This document shows, piece after piece, positions 27,497 to 41,759 of a stretch of 64,000 nt of DNA. The position numbers were made by a program, and so were the translations under genes. Where the stretch lies: assembly GCF_009914755.1 (NCBI RefSeq), contig NC_060928.1; one strand, written 5' to 3'. Each line of letters begins with the position of its first letter. The stretch's first letter is position 1. The stretch is from the human T2T-CHM13v2.0 reference genome, Homo sapiens. The notes below the pieces were generated by a model. It saw only the letters and a program-made list of their open reading frames with translations. It searched no databases and was not told where the DNA came from.

Positions 27497-30400
27497 TGTT
27501 TAGTAAATACAAGGTGAGGTACCCAGATCCCATGCCTCCAGGGCTGAGGCACTCATTTGCCCAGATGCTGGTGCGATATTGGCAATATTGACAGCTGTTA
27601 GCGGAGTTCCTTGCTGGGAAATTTACTGGATTGAAGAGGCTACTTCACCTAAGTTTATGTCTCCGTGTGAAAGAGTTCAGTGATTTCTTGATGGGCATGT
27701 AAATAGCCTGGCTCTTCATCCCAATTACAGACGTGGCTAAAACTCTAACCCATCTCCATATTTTCTCATCAGGTGAACTGAGAACTTTTAGGCAACTGCC
27801 TTGTAGTTCAAGCTCTTGCTCTGCTTGACTTCACTTACTATACTTCCTGAAAGTTTTTGGTCTTTAACTTTTACAATTATTTGAATATCAATTTTCACCC
27901 CAGAGGCTGCTTCAAGAGAAACCAGACCTATGATTTCTGGTCCAAAGTTTAGTCAGGATAAAGTAGTTAGAAAGTGGACTTTTACATGTGATTTTGTAGC
28001 TTGTTTACCCAATGCCTCACTGGCAATGTGGTCCTCATGAGTTGTGATAGGTGGAGCATGCAACAGTAATATGTTTGTTAAAATTTTCATTAATGGTGAC
28101 CTGCAATAGTTTATCAGTGCAAGAGAATTATCTTGAGTATAAAATATATTATGTACTTGAGAAATAGTGAGATATAATAATTATATGACACTTAAATCTT
28201 GGGAAATCCATGCTTTGCAGGAAAGAGAAACACTTAGGAAAATTAGTCATCCATTAAAAGTTAAGTTTGAAAGCCAGAAGATATCTCTGGCCACATACAG
28301 AGAGACTCCAGTATCCTGCACCAGAAAGCAGAAATAGATGAGGAGAAGGCAAAGAAAGAAATTATAAGACAAGCAGTTATAAAGGTGTTGTTTTATTCTC
28401 AATTAGGCCATCATGTATGTCTGATCAAGCCCCTGTTAAAAAGATGAAAGCCTAAGATTGGAGACGGTATAACTGGATCAATGCAGATGAAAATATTAAC
28501 TCAAACATATTCCTTTGAATCATTTTACCCCATTGAATCAGTCAATTTCTCCCCGATAAAGATAGTGCTAGTACCTTGCCTAAGAAAAATATGGACACCT
28601 CTACCTTGCAAAACAACACATATTTACCTTAAAAGGCACTTGTTTTATTTTCTTGGTCAACAGATTAAAAACTAGAGCTGTTTCAAGATGTAATACAGCC
28701 AGGAAAGTTTGATATCTTCTATGATTAAAAAAGGTCAAAACTTTGAAAGAGCCACAAAACATTCAACATGCACCAGCAGGGGCAAAGAGAGTATAGCAAA
28801 TCCTGAGAAATGGGGAGAATTAGATTTCCAAAGTTACCACATTATTAGATTAAAGTATAGTTTTCAACAACAACAAAATTACAAGGCATACAAATAAGCA
28901 GGAAAGTATGACCCATTCAACAAAAAAAATAATAAACCAACAAGTCTGTCCCTTTAAAACACCTGATGGCAGATCTACTAAACAAAGATTTAAAATAACT
29001 ATTTAAAGATGTTCAAATAATTAAAGAAAGTTAAGAAAATATTGTTCAATCAAAAAATAAACATCAATAAAATTAAAAAGAAACTGTAAAGATAAAAGGT
29101 ACAAATACAATTTTAAGAAATCACTAAAGGGATTCAATGGCAGATTTAAGAATCAGAAGAAAAAAAAATCAGCATTCTTAAAGATAAAACAATAGAAATA
29201 ATTAATCTGATGAGCAGAAGAAAAAAAATTGAAGAAAATTAAACAAAGTTGTGGAACACAATCGAGTGGTCCAAAATACACACTCTGGAATTCTTGGAAG
29301 GAGAAGACACAGAGACAAGGACAAAGAAAAAATTTGAATAATTAATGGCTGAAAACTTCCAAATTTCATAAAAGACAGGAATATAAACACTGAAGAATCT
29401 TAAAGAACCGCAGGTAGGATGACTTCAAAGGAAACCACACCCAGACACATTATAAGCAAACTTTCAAAAAACAAAGGGAATTTTGAAAGCAGCAAGAGAG
29501 AAGCAAATCATTACATCAAAGTGACCCTCAATAAGATGAACAGATTTCTGATCAGAAACTTAAGAGACCAGAAGGCAGGGAGCTAACATATAAAAAAGGT
29601 CTAAACAAATCTGTTAACCAAAAATCTTATCTTCAACAAAACTTTCTCTCAAAAGTGAGGTAGAGATTAAGACATTCTGAATAATCGAAAACAGAGGAAG
29701 CATGCTACCAGTAGTCCTGTCTTTCAATAAATGTTCCAGGGAGTCATGCATGGTAAAATAAATAGCACCAGAAAGTAATTTGAATCTTTGTGAATAAATA
29801 AAGATTTGAATATAGGTAAGTAAATACACAGGCTATTATAAAGATTAGTATTATTGAAACAATAGTTTGTAACTCTACTTTCTGTTTTCTATATAATTTG
29901 AGAGACTAATACATGTTTAAAACAATCTGAGAGCTAGTATTATTGTAGCTATGGTTTGTTGTAACACCACATTTTGTCTTTTATGTAAATTAAGAAACTA
30001 ATGTCTTTAAAATAATCATTAGTTTATATTTTTGGACACACAATGTATGAAGACGTAATTTTATGACATCAGCAACTAAAGGAAGTATTGGAATTAAATT
30101 TGAAAAATTTAAATGAGTGTATTAACTTCAGTATGCTAAATATAATTCCTGTTGTAACCACAAAGAAAATAGGTAAGTAACATATACAACAGGAAATCAA
30201 GTAGGAATTTGAACGTTTCACTACAAACACACACACACACACAAATGAACATATTTGCCACAGTGCCTCCTTTATCTATAGCTTCGAAATATCTCCTGTA
30301 GAAATGGCAAGAAAATGGCTTTGAAGGTGCCTCCTTCTCCATAACGAAGGCAGAAAATCAAAATTGTTCTTGTTTTCCGAGGAGAATAGCAAAGATTTGT

Positions 30401-31490
30401 ACCATTCTTAACAACCTAAAGGATACAGGGATGGTGAGATACTATTATATCACACTTAACTCACCAGTCTGTTTTTTATGAAAAACCTGAGAGATCATTG
30501 GGTATGACAGTAGATTATCACAAATACAATTCATTTGTTCCCAAATTGCAGCTGCTGTACCAGATGTGCTCTCTTTGCTAAAGCATGTAACTACAGCCTC
30601 AAGTACACATAATGCATTTATTACCCTGAAAAATTCATTATTAACGACCTCTATCAAGGAAATAAATTAAAAACAGTTCACAATGGACACTGTGAACAGC
30701 CATGAATATTTATATCTCATTTCAGTGCTATATTAACTTGCCACTGGCTTCTGTTACAGTATATTATAAAACAAAATGTCATTTGGGAACTCTGTGGAAC
30801 ATCACTTTTTTGTATGATATCTCTGTTTTCGTGTTAATCAGATCAGATAATTTTAAAAATGACTATAATTTAGAGGTCTTGGTAATGCAAATGCTGTGCA
30901 AAATTAGAAAATAATTCCTATCAAGTTTCAGGAATCTATCACATCATGAGAATGTTAGCAGTCCTGGTAATCTGAGGTTACACAGATAGGCCCAAAAGTG
31001 TAAAAGACAAATGGTTGTACCTCATTCTTTCCACCACTAAGAAGGAATCACCATGCTTCTCAGGCTTCTTTGGATTCTGGAGGCAGCATATTCCGGATTT
31101 AGGGATATAAATTTGACTCACGTAACCAATGAACAAAAAGACTGGTGGGGCCAATATAAGCTGTAAGGTGGCTTAGAACCTCATTTCATTTCTCCTGCAG
31201 TTGTGCTGGCTTCTGTCTGTCTGCTCAGACCTATGATGAAACAGGTGTTTCTTAGAATATATGGAGAAAAATGTAGGCTTCTTTAATAAGTGGACCCACT
31301 GAAATATGCCTACAAGCCCTGCCTCTCACAAAAGACTGCAGTTGCATTACCACTTCCTTAGAGATACCTCTGAAAGACAGCAGTGAAGGAAGCCCAACCC
31401 CCTCTCTCCTTCCCCCAGCAGGGAAGAACTTTGTATGATGCATTTCATCACCCACAAGTTGAAAGAGGCACATAGTGTATGCAACCCAAA
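27497..31490 (+). mobile_element. LTR16C-like LTR (27497-27934) with ERVL/ERV3-16-type internal remnants, interrupted by L1
   Basis: cccagatccc..gaggcactcatt..ccag.tgctg LTR16 motifs. RT-like remnants near 30400-30620 (NLKDTGMV, TVDYHK). Confidence 0.7.
28765..30226 (+). mobile_element. Old L1 ORF1 region fragment
   Basis: atggctgaaaacttccaaattt, ccacacccagacacattata and gaaagcagcaagagagaagc are L1 ORF1 motifs. Confidence 0.8.
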
Positions 31491-31499
31491 GCATATGGA

Positions 31500-31836
31500 A
31501 TTAATAAAAAAAACTCTCAGATTTTTTCCAAACTCAGGGCAATTTTTGGAGGTTATATTTGTGTAAATTAAAACATCTGCAGTTTTGATGTGCTAAGATT
31601 GAAAAAGAATGAAATAGGATGAAACCAAATCAAATACCTAGACTTTCAGAATTCATAGTTTTACACACAAAAGCCTTGTCATCTAAACTTAGTCTTTTAT
31701 TCCCATCTCTTTAAAAGCCACTCACACATAGGTATCCAGCCTCAATTTCAACATATGGAAATAAGGTATTTTCCTCCCTTAAATTTGTATCAATGACTGG
31801 ATTATTCATTTTTACTCCCAAAGACATTACTATTTT
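31500..31836 (-). pseudogene. Fossil exon, N-terminal part of a further module
   Basis: ctag| acceptor. IDTNLREENTLFPYVEIEAGYLCV (NLREE at 31771-31785), then LLKRWE*KTKFR*QGF in another frame (cf. HNLREEFIGFLPYEADAEILAV, ITEKWGLNMEYCRGQAY). Confidence 0.7.
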
Positions 31837-34800
31837 CTAGACCACAAAAATTAAAACCTTCAAAATATATCTTCTTTGTTGTATGTCTTATTTTATATTT
31901 AGTATATGTGCTCTTTTCTGATATTAATGGTCTGTTAACATTGCTGATCATCAGGAAATCATCCATTGCAATGTGTGCAATTTATGTAGGCAGTAGCATC
32001 TGAGGTACACATTTTTTATGACTGAAAATGGTCACACCTTTCCTTCTGCTAGGATTTTTATACAGACATTTGTACTAATCAACTTAGCATGTGAATTAGT
32101 TTGTGATTTGCTGTTAAGTCTATACCTATTTTTAGTGCTCCTTGGCTTTCACATCCTGTAGAAACAGCTTGTGTCTAGGGTGAAAGGTGGTTTACCAGAG
32201 CATGATTTAAAAAACATATTTATGAAATATATTTATGTTTATCTTTGTGTTGTGTCTCAGAATGTGTACCTTTGCAAGTTCTTATTGCTCTCCTGTCCCT
32301 CTCTTAGCACTTGTTATTTGAAATTCATTACTTTGGCTGAGGGGCTTAATGGGGCCCCTGTATGTGGCTTGGTTTGAATCTTTGTGGTTGTAATAAAGTT
32401 ATCCTTCCCATGGTATCACCACTTCTATAGTCTAGACAGTGGAGACTTCCTTTTCCTGTCTCTCCCCTGCCTGTCCTACTTGGGGTCAGCACTTAAACTC
32501 ACAATTCCTTCCTGAATTGTGCTCACTCTCCCTCTTCTTCCCTTCTCCCAACTGTAATAAGTATTCATCAATATCTTAAGGTCAGCAGTGTTCCATTTTG
32601 TCACCAATTAAGGCTTTTATTCCATAATGGAGAGAGAAAAAAATTTCTTCACTGCAGAAATTTCTGTTGAACAGAACTAATACAGAGTTCATTGCCCACA
32701 CTGCAGCTGTGTTCACTTTTTGAGAACTCTTCTCTGTCTACCTGCTGAGTCCATGGCAATGGGCCTATAAGGGGGGAGTGCAGACTCCCCTCTTTCTGGA
32801 CCTTCAAGGATTTTCCCACTGTCTTATAAGCCCAAACACAGCCTTTTCCAATTTGTTACCGGTCTTAAATGAATTTTTTTTTACTAGTATCACTTTTTAC
32901 CTGTATCTACCTTCAGATGATCATGGGTGCAAATCTCCTTTCTCCCTGGAGATACTTTCTATCCTTAGATTTTGGGCCAGTTGTTTTCTCTCTTTCCATA
33001 GGTTTTTCAAATCTATGAAAAATTTGAAAGAAATGTCAACAATTAACTGTGGATTTCTTCTAAGGATTGGAGAGAAGCTACTCCTTCTCTCCAGATCCTA
33101 GGGTAGAAAATAATTATCTTTGTGTCTGAAGAATACTATCTTTTGTTACACATAAAACTCTACATATAGTTTGTCTTCTCCGAGCACATTAAAAATGTCA
33201 GTCCTTTGACTATTGGCCTTACATTTTTTTTATATACTAAGAAAAAGTATGTGCTTCTACCTAATCTCAATCAGATTATCACACTTAAGAAATTTAATAG
33301 AGCCTTAAAGGGCAGAACAAAATGACCCACCTTCTCCCTGTGACCCCCTGAACACCACATTGAATAGCCATCCATACAAGGAAGCACCTTCATAAGAGCC
33401 TAAAATCAGGTGAGCAATCACAGTATCTGGTTTTAACGTCATATCAAGGAAAGAGAAACTGAAGAGCGTAGAAAGGACAGTCTTGAATTGCAGATAAGAC
33501 AGCTCTCCCATCTCCCAGCAAAAACGAGTGACTCAGAGACAGAATCTGTGTGCTTGATGGGTAGAAATCTCAGTAATGGTGGGATTTTGCATTGGAACTA
33601 GTGCTTAATGTTGCCCTGTCACCGCAGAATGAAATGCAGAACAGAATTCAGCCAGAGCCCATAGGGACAACATTTAGACCAGCCCTAGCAGGAGGGAAAG
33701 TTTCCATCCTAGTGGTTGAAACCTGAGTTCTAGCTAGCCCCACCACCACAGGCTAAAGTATTCTGGGGTCCTAAATGAATTTGAATGGTGGCTGTGAGGA
33801 CTACAATTTCTAGGGAAGTCCGGGTGCTGTGCTGGATTCAGAGCCAGTAGATTTGGGGTATATATTACCTATGAGATACCAGTGGGGCAGCCAAAAAAGT
33901 GTTTGTGTCACCCCTCCCCCAACCCAAGGCAGTGTAGCTCACAGCTCCAGGACAGACTCCTTCCTTCTGCTGGAGGATAAGAGAGGGAAGAGTAAAGAGG
34001 ACTTTGCAACTTAGATACAAGCTCAGCCACAGTAGGATAGACTACCAGCAATGTCCTGAGCACTACATGCAAGGCCTTAGCTCCTGGACAATATTGCTGG
34101 ACACACTCTGGGTCAGAAGGGAACTTGCTGCTTTAAAGGGAAGAACCACGTCCTTGCAAGATTCATCACCTACTAACTAAGGGGCCCTCAGGCCATGAAT
34201 AATATTTGTGTTACCCAGACAGTATTAGCCACCAGCATCGGGTAGGACCCAGGGCTGTTCTGGCTTCAGGTCATACCCAGCTCATTCTTAGCTGTGTTGG
34301 CCTTGGCGAGAGCTTCTGTCTGCTTGAAGAAAGGAGAGGAAAGAGCGAGGTCTTTGTTTTGCAGCTTGGGTGCTGACTCAGACACAGTAGAATAGAGCAC
34401 CATGTAGATTACTAAGATTCCTGATTCCAGACCCTGGCTCCTGGGCAGCATTTCTGAACTCACCCTGGGCTGAGAGGGAGAGTTCACTGCCCTTAAGGGA
34501 AGGACAAAAGCCTAGTATGATTTGCAACCTGCTTAGTGAAGAGTCCTTGGGCCTTGAGTGAACATTGGTAGTAGCCAGGCAGTGATACTGCAGGTATTGG
34601 GCAAGTTGCAGTACGGTCTTGGCTTTGCATATGAACCAGCACAGTCCCAGTGGTGGTGGCCACAGTGAAGACTGATTGTTTTAACCCTTCCCACAACCAG
34701 GCTGCTCAGCACAGAGAGAGAGACTCCATTTGTTTGGAGGGGAGTAAGGGAAGAAAGCAGGAGTCTTTGCCTGGTAATCTAGGGAATTATTTTGAGTCTT

Positions 34801-36299
34801 ACCCTAGATCACCATCTTATAAAGTTATAAACTTACAAATCTTATAAAGTCACAGCAATCATGGGCTTTGGGTGCACCCTAATGTACATATGGGTACAAT
34901 GACCAAAGACTTAGATCACAACACTCAATTCTCTTTGAATAACTGGAAAGACTTCCCAAGAAGGACCAATAAAAACAAGCCTAGACTGTGAAGGCTACAA
35001 TAAATACTGAACTCTTCAATGCCCAGACATTGATAAACATCAGTACTACCTAGGAAGCATCATTACCATCTAGGAAAACATGACCTCACTAAACAAATTA
35101 TATAAGGCACCAGCTACCAATCCTGGAGGGACAGGAAAATCATCTCTTTAGACAGAGAATTTAAAATAGTTGCTGTGAGGTAACTCAACAAAATTCAATA
35201 TAACACAGAGAAAGAATTCAGAATCTTATCATATTTAACAAAGCGATTGCAATAAGTTAAAACAATTGAGCAAAAATGCTGAGATAAAAAAATTTAAATG
35301 ACATGAAGAATGCATCCGAATCAACCACAGAATTGATCAAGCAGAAGAAATAATTATGAGATTGATGACACGCTACTTGAAAATACAGTCAGAGAAGACA
35401 AAAGAAAATGTGCAAAAACTAATTAAGCATACTCACAAGATTGAGGAAACAGCCCCTAAGGGCAAATTTAAGAGATATTGGCCTTAAAGAGGAGCTAGAG
35501 AGAGAACTTGGAGTAGAAAGTTTATCCAAAAGGATAATAGCACAGTGTTTTCCAAACCTGGAGAAAGATATCAACATTTAAGTATAAGAAAGTTATAGAA
35601 CACCAAGCAGATTTTATTAAAAAAGGACTATCTCAAGGGATTTGATAATCAAACTCCAGAATATCAATAATAAAGACAGGATCCTAATAGCAGCAACAGA
35701 AAAGGAACAGATAACATACAATGCAGCTCCAATTCTTCAGGCAGAAGACTTAGTGGAAACCTTGCAGGCTAGGAGACAGTGACATCACATGTTTAAAGTG
35801 CTGATAGAAAAAAAAATACTTTTACCCCAGAATAGTCTATCCAGTGAAAATATCCTTCAAACATGAAGAAATGAAGATGTTTCCAGAAAAACAAAACCTG
35901 AGGAATTTTATTAACACCAGACCTATCCTACAGAAAATGATAAAGGAAGTTCTTCATTCTAAAAGAAAAGATACTAAGAAGAAATAAGAAAACATTTGAA
36001 GGTACAAAACTCTCTGGTAATAGTAAATACACAGAAAAACAGTATGTTATTACACTACAATTGTGGCATGTAAATTGTTCATATCTTGAGTAGAAAAAAG
36101 TAAATGATGAACCTATCAAAAATAATAACCGCAATATTTTTTCCAGACAGATAGTATAATATGATATAAATAGAAATAAAAAGTTAAAAAGTAGAGAAAT
36201 GTACTTAAAATGTAGAGTTTTTATTCTTATCTTTGTTTGTCTGTTAGTTTATTTGTTTGTTTTTCCAATCAGTGTTGTCATCAGTTTAAAATAAAATCA

Positions 36300-36356
36300 C
36301 CCCACTGCACTCCAGCCTGGGTGACACAGTGAGACTCCGTCTCAAAAAATAAAAAA
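36300..36356 (+). mobile_element. Alu 3' tail fragment at an L1 deletion junction
   Basis: ccactgcactccagcctgggtgacacagtgagactccgtctcaaaaaa only. Confidence 0.8.
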
Positions 36357-37282
36357 GGAAAAAGAAAATATTCAAATAAAATTAGAGATGGAAAAGGAGA
36401 CATAACAACTGATACTGTTAAAATTCAAAGGATTGCTGGAGAATACTATAAATAGCTATATACCAATAAATTGGAAAACCTAGAAGAAATGGATACATTC
36501 TTAGACACGTACAACCTAGAAATATTGAATCATGAAGAAATCCAAAACCTAAATAGACCAATAACAAGTAATGATATCAAACCCATGATTAAAAGTCATC
36601 CAGCAAAGACAAGCCAAGGACCTGAAGGCTTTACTGCTAAATGTTTGGTAAAAGTTTAAATACACAAAGATCAATCAAAATGAATTAAAGGCTTAAATCT
36701 AAGACCTCAAAACATGAAACTAGTAGAAGAAAACTTGGGGAAGCTCCCTAAGACATTGATCTGAACTTAAGTTTCTTGAGTAATACCTCAGAAGCACAGG
36801 CAAGCAAAGCAAAAATGGACAAATGGGATCACATCAGGTTTAAAAGCTTCTGCACAGCAAAACAAATAAACAAACAAACAAAAAACAAAGAGACAACCCA
36901 CAGAATGAGAAATATTTGCCAACTATCCAACAAGAGATTAATAACCAGAATATATAAAGAGCTCAAATAACTCAAAAAATATAAGAATTCAATTACATAG
37001 GCAAAATATCTAAACAGACATTTCTCAAGAGAAGACATAAAAATGACAAACAGTTATATTGAATGGTGATCAACATCATTGATCATTAAATAAATGCAAA
37101 CCAAAACTACAATGAGATATCATCTCACCCCAGTTAAAATGGCTTTTATCCAAAAGACAGGCAGTAATAAATGCAAATGATGATGTGAGCAAAAGGGAAC
37201 CCTCATACACTGTTAAAGGAGATGTAAATTAGCACAACCATTATGAAGAACAGTTTGGAGGCTTTTCAAAAAATGTCCAATA

Positions 37283-37812
37283 GGTCAAGTGTGGTGGCTC
37301 TTGCCTTTAACCCCAGAACTTTGAGAGGCAGTGGCACGTGGATCATTAGAGTCCAGGAGTAGGAGACCAGCCTGGGCAACATGGGGAGACTTTATCTCTA
37401 CAAAAAATACAAAAAATTAGTCGGCCAGCAGATCACGAGGTCAGGAGATCAAGATCATCCTGGCTAACACGGTGAAACCCTGTCTCTATTAAAAAAAAAT
37501 ACAAAAAATTAGCCAGGCGTGGCGGTAGGCACCTGTAGTCCCAGCTACTTGGGAGGCTGAGGCAGGAGAATGGTGTGAATCCAGGAGGCAGAGCTTGCAG
37601 TGAGCCCAGATCGCGCTACTGAACTCCAGCCCAGGTGACAGAGCAAGACTCCGTCTGAAAAAAAAAAAAAAAAATTAGTCAAGAATTGTGGCAGACACCT
37701 TTAGTCCCAGCTATTTGGGAGGGTGAGACAAGAGGTCAAGGCTTCAGTGAGCTGTGATTGCACCACTGCACTCCAGCCTGGGTAATGGAGTGAGACCCTA
37801 TTCTCAAAAAAA
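37283..37812 (+). mobile_element. AluJ-type element with a 5'-truncated AluY-type (37423-37668) nested in its A-rich linker
   Basis: 12-bp TSD aaaaaattagtc at 37411-37422 and 37669-37680 flanks the inner Alu. Confidence 0.88.
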
Positions 37813-38479
37813 TTACAAAGAGAGCTGCAAGCCCACTGCTAGCTATCTACCCCAAAGAAAGGAAATCAGTATATCAAAGAGATATTTGCATTCCAATGTT
37901 TATTGCAGCACTATTCACAATAGCCAATATTTAGAAGCAACCTAAGCGTCTATCAACAGATGAATGGATAATTAAAATGTGATATATATTTGCAATGGAG
38001 TACTATTCAGCCATAAGAAATGAGATCCTGTCATTTGAAACAATATGGATAGAAATGGTTGATATTATATTAAATGAAATAAACCAGGTGCCAAAAGACA
38101 AAGTTTGCATATTCTCACTCATGTGTGGGAGTTAAACATTAAAACAATTGAACTAATGGAAATAGAGAGTAGAATGATGGTTACCAGAGACTGAGAAGAG
38201 CATTGGGGAGGGTAAGGGGAAATGAGGAAGTTAATGGATACAAAAATATAGTCAGGTAGAATGAATAAGATCCAGTATTTTATAGCATGATGAAGTAACT
38301 TACAGTCAATAATAATTGATTGTACATTTAAAAATAACTAAAAGGGTGAAATTGGAATATTTTTAAGAAAGAAATGATAAATGCTTGAGGTAATGGACAC
38401 AGCATTTACCCTGATGTGCTTATTAATCATTGTATCCTTGTGTCAATATATCTCATACGTCCTTTAAATACATACACCT

Positions 38480-38760
38480 GGCCTGGCTTGGTGGCTCAGG
38501 CCTGTAATCCCAGCATTTTGGGAGGCTAAGGCTGGCAGATCACTTGAGGCCAGGAGTCAAGAGCAGCCTGGCCAACATGGCGAAATCCCGTCTTTACTAA
38601 AAATACAAAAAATTATCCGGGCGTGCGCTTGTAATCTCAGCTACTCAGGAGCCTGAGGTATGATAATCACTTGAACCCAGGAGGTGGAGGTTGCAATGAG
38701 TTGAGATCATGCCACTGCACTCCAGCCTGGGCAACAGAGTAAGACTGTCTTAAAAAAAAA
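38480..38760 (+). mobile_element. AluS-type
   Basis: Full dimer with A tail. Confidence 0.88.
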
Positions 38761-39104
38761 TTTACTTGCACTTACTATGTACCCATAAGAATTAGAAATT
38801 AAAAAATAATAGTGATAAAATGTTAATATCAAATATAGACTTTCTATTCAAGTTTCTCCAATTATTTAAAGAATGTGTGATTTTTAATATTCCTTATAAC
38901 AATTTTGTTTTTTAATTCAAGAGCCAATCAAAAGTTTATCAATAATTTATAATTTTGAAATAATTTCCCTTCTTATATTGTTTCTTTCATGATATTAATA
39001 TTTTTAAAGGGTACAGGAAACATTAAAATTGTTGTCTGAATAATAGCATTTCTGAAATTGAGGTTATTAAGGCACATATTTCTTAAGAAGGGCAAGGTTT
39101 AGAA

Positions 39105-39317
39105 CTAAGCTATTCAATATGGTATCAACTATTCATATATAAGTAGTTAAATTTAGATTTAAGTTAGTAAAATAAAATAAAATAAAAATTTATTTTTTCA
39201 ATTGCACTAGCCACATTTCAAATGCTGTATAGTCATTTGAAGCTAGTGGATATTATTCTGGACAATGCAGATACAAAACTTTTTTTCCACTGCATTAATT
39301 TTTGTTGAACATCACTT
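39105..39317. mobile_element. MER33/MER3-like hAT-Charlie MITE
   Basis: ttgcactagccacatttcaaatgct..tagtca..tg..gctagtgg.ta..attctggaca.tgcag. Confidence 0.75.
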
Positions 39318-39374
39318 GTATAGGACATAACTACATTTTTGGTGGCTAAAGTGATATGAGTGCATATACATTTA

Positions 39375-39853
39375 GTTAAAACATAGGTGTAACCTGTAAC
39401 AAAATGACTAAAAATATCGATGTTTATTCCTCTTTGATTTTCTGATTTGAATAAAAGAATTTCAATTCTGAAAGAGAATCTTTACAATGTTAGAAGCTTA
39501 ATTTTGTTTTATCTTATTACTCTATCATTCTCAGCACATGACTTTATAATTCATATCTAAATACAAGATAGCTACCCCATTTATCGTCATTAAATCTACA
39601 CCCAAATCCATGTTTCAAAGTGAAAGAAGAAAATGAGGGTGCTCCCAGTTTTGTTAAAGTTAAAAAATAAAAGTATGCATAGCTTTCTTTAATATTGCAT
39701 TGGCAAACATGTGGTCACATAGCCTCAAATATCTCCAAGTATGCCACAAAATAATTGTCTTTAGCAAAGCAGCCCTGTATCCAGCTAAAACTCAAGAGGT
39801 TCTAAATCTCAAAGGGAAAAATGGTGTTGGAGGATAACTAACTGTATCTGTTA
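39375..39853 (-). mobile_element. MLT1J-like MaLR LTR
   Basis: cattggc...gtcacat.gcc and gtatccagctaaaa motifs, diverged. Confidence 0.55.
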
Positions 39854-39959
39854 ATGTATTGGACTAAGAAAAAAAAGCTCATTTTATATTGCATCATTAT
39901 AGTGTTCTGATTAGTATGGTATTAAATCCATAGTCTCAGGAACTAATGATATAAATCAT

Positions 39960-40330
39960 GATATTAAATATATTAATAGTCATTTTTTAGGGATGCCAAG
40001 ATAATTGTTTAGAGCTTTGGGGTTTTCAGAGCACTTTTCCATGTTTATCTCATGTATTCTTTTGTTAATACAAAATCTGGATGATCTTTGCTCAAGGTTT
40101 AGTGTGTTCTGGGAACAGTTCAAGGTCGTCCAGATATGGAAGCAAGCAAAAGAGACAAGAATTGTGTCACTATAAACATAAAAACAGCTACATCAGATAT
40201 TTTCAATTGTAGTTATTTATATCGATAAAAATAAACATATGAGAGTGTCTGGGATCACTTTAGCTAAGATACTGAGGTAAAGCCTCTCTAATTCAAGCCG
40301 AACACAGAAACACAAAATTATTTTCACATT
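39960..40330 (-). pseudogene. Fossil block, N-terminal part of a module
   Basis: CFCVRLELERL..LFLSI, LLPYLDDLEL and EINMEKC in order across frameshifts (cf. SCIREETLREV..FFSII, FLPYEADAEI, GLNMEYC). Confidence 0.6.
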
Positions 40331-41009
40331 GTTCAGATATGACATAGGATTAGTTAGGGGAAAATTAACAGGAAGAGAAATTGTAGAACACATGCAGTTA
40401 ACTGATGGGACATTATTCCATAAATATTCATAGATATGCATCTTGGGCACATTTCCAGCAGAAATGGCTTTTCCTAAAATGGCAGGCTAGACAAAGGGAA
40501 GAGGATGCCTCATAAGAAAGAATGCACTCTACTGCCACACTGCAATAAATATTTACAGGTTATCATAACAAGGTTTAAGGATTACCTAGCTTCCCTAGGA
40601 TAGACATATATACAGACCCAGAGAAAACAATAAGGAACATGCATACCAAGGGCTAAGAACTAACTGCACTCCAAGAATCCTGGGAACATGATGTATACCA
40701 AGAATGCTGACCTCATGCAAAGGCCTTTTACCACCAACAGCTGACTCCATCCAACTGATGAGTTCTAATTAACTACCCATACGAAAAATGAAACAAAACT
40801 CCAGGGACAACTAGTTTTGTCTACCACCTCTATAGAGATTGCATTAAATCTGCTATTTCAGTGATGAGTTGTAGCCATATGTAAATCTCCAGGGAAAAAT
40901 ACTCTTAGGGAAAACCAGTATTTGGCAATTCCAAAAGCAGATTTTGGAACTGATCTTCCTAATAAGGACACTTGTCAGGGCTGGGAATACAATTATGCAA
41001 ATTAAAGAA

Positions 41010-41725
41010 AAACAAAATCCAACTTCAGTTTAAGTAAAACCTTTCCCCATAATTTGCTTCAATCAGTAATAGTGAGCATTTCTTTAATTATAATTCAGGA
41101 AAAATAAGGTTCTAGGAATGTATTATTTACTATTAAATATTACTAAGTTAGACTGAAATAATTATCATGATATATTTATTAACATCCCTATCTACAGAGA
41201 AAGACAGAGAAGTTTGGTATAATTATTTCACTAATTGTGAAGGGTCAAACTACCACTTGAAAACACTGTATCTGGTTCTAAATCCCGACACACCACTTAT
41301 TTCCAGGAAGGAATAGAAGGGAATACTCTGACTTTGTATTTCTTGGCACCATTCTCCAATATATTTTGTATTTGAAAGAGGATTTGGCATGTCTCTATAT
41401 AAAAATAATCCAAGGAGGAATACATTTAACACAGTTTTCTAATAAATTACTTTCCAGCTTCTGCAACCATAACATACCAGCAACTTAATTCATAAACTCT
41501 CAAGATAGTGACTTTGTCCATAAAACTCATTTATGCATTAATACAATATCCTCAGCAAGTTATGAACCTCAATAAAAGTGAGAGATTAAAGAATAATTAA
41601 AATAGTTTTTGTTTGTGTAAGGTGAGGCCTTTCACAGTAGAAATTATAAAATATACAATCTCAGCAAAAATATTTATTGCCTTTTGTATGTTGTTATTAA
41701 TTTTTATTATTTGAATCTGTTAGCT
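41010..41725 (-). pseudogene. Fossil block, C-terminal part of a module; paralogous to 61260-61631
   Basis: IQKAINI, VKCI, YSLLFLPGNKWCVGI*, PFTI..PNF and EMLTITD*..VLLKLKLD. Nucleotide homology to 61283-61613. Confidence 0.65.
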
Positions 41726-41759
41726 TAGAAAATGACCTATTCTGTCTGTGCACAGATCT

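Larger units (their letters stand above)
33305..38810 (+). mobile_element. L1MA-type L1 (5' UTR, ORF1, internally deleted ORF2, 3' UTR) carrying several Alus
   Basis: Long GC-richer 5' UTR, ORF1 motifs, ORF2 piece [15 protein letters not shown]..., L1MA 3' UTR ending tactatgtacccata. Confidence 0.85.

Noticed and set aside
32050-33260. Possible old antisense L1 5' region
   Set aside because: Too diverged to call with confidence by eye.
41209-41440. Plus-strand kinase-like words (IYFVFE..SLY)
   Set aside because: No other kinase motifs, and the paralogous copy does not preserve them; the minus-strand hAT frame explains the homology better.
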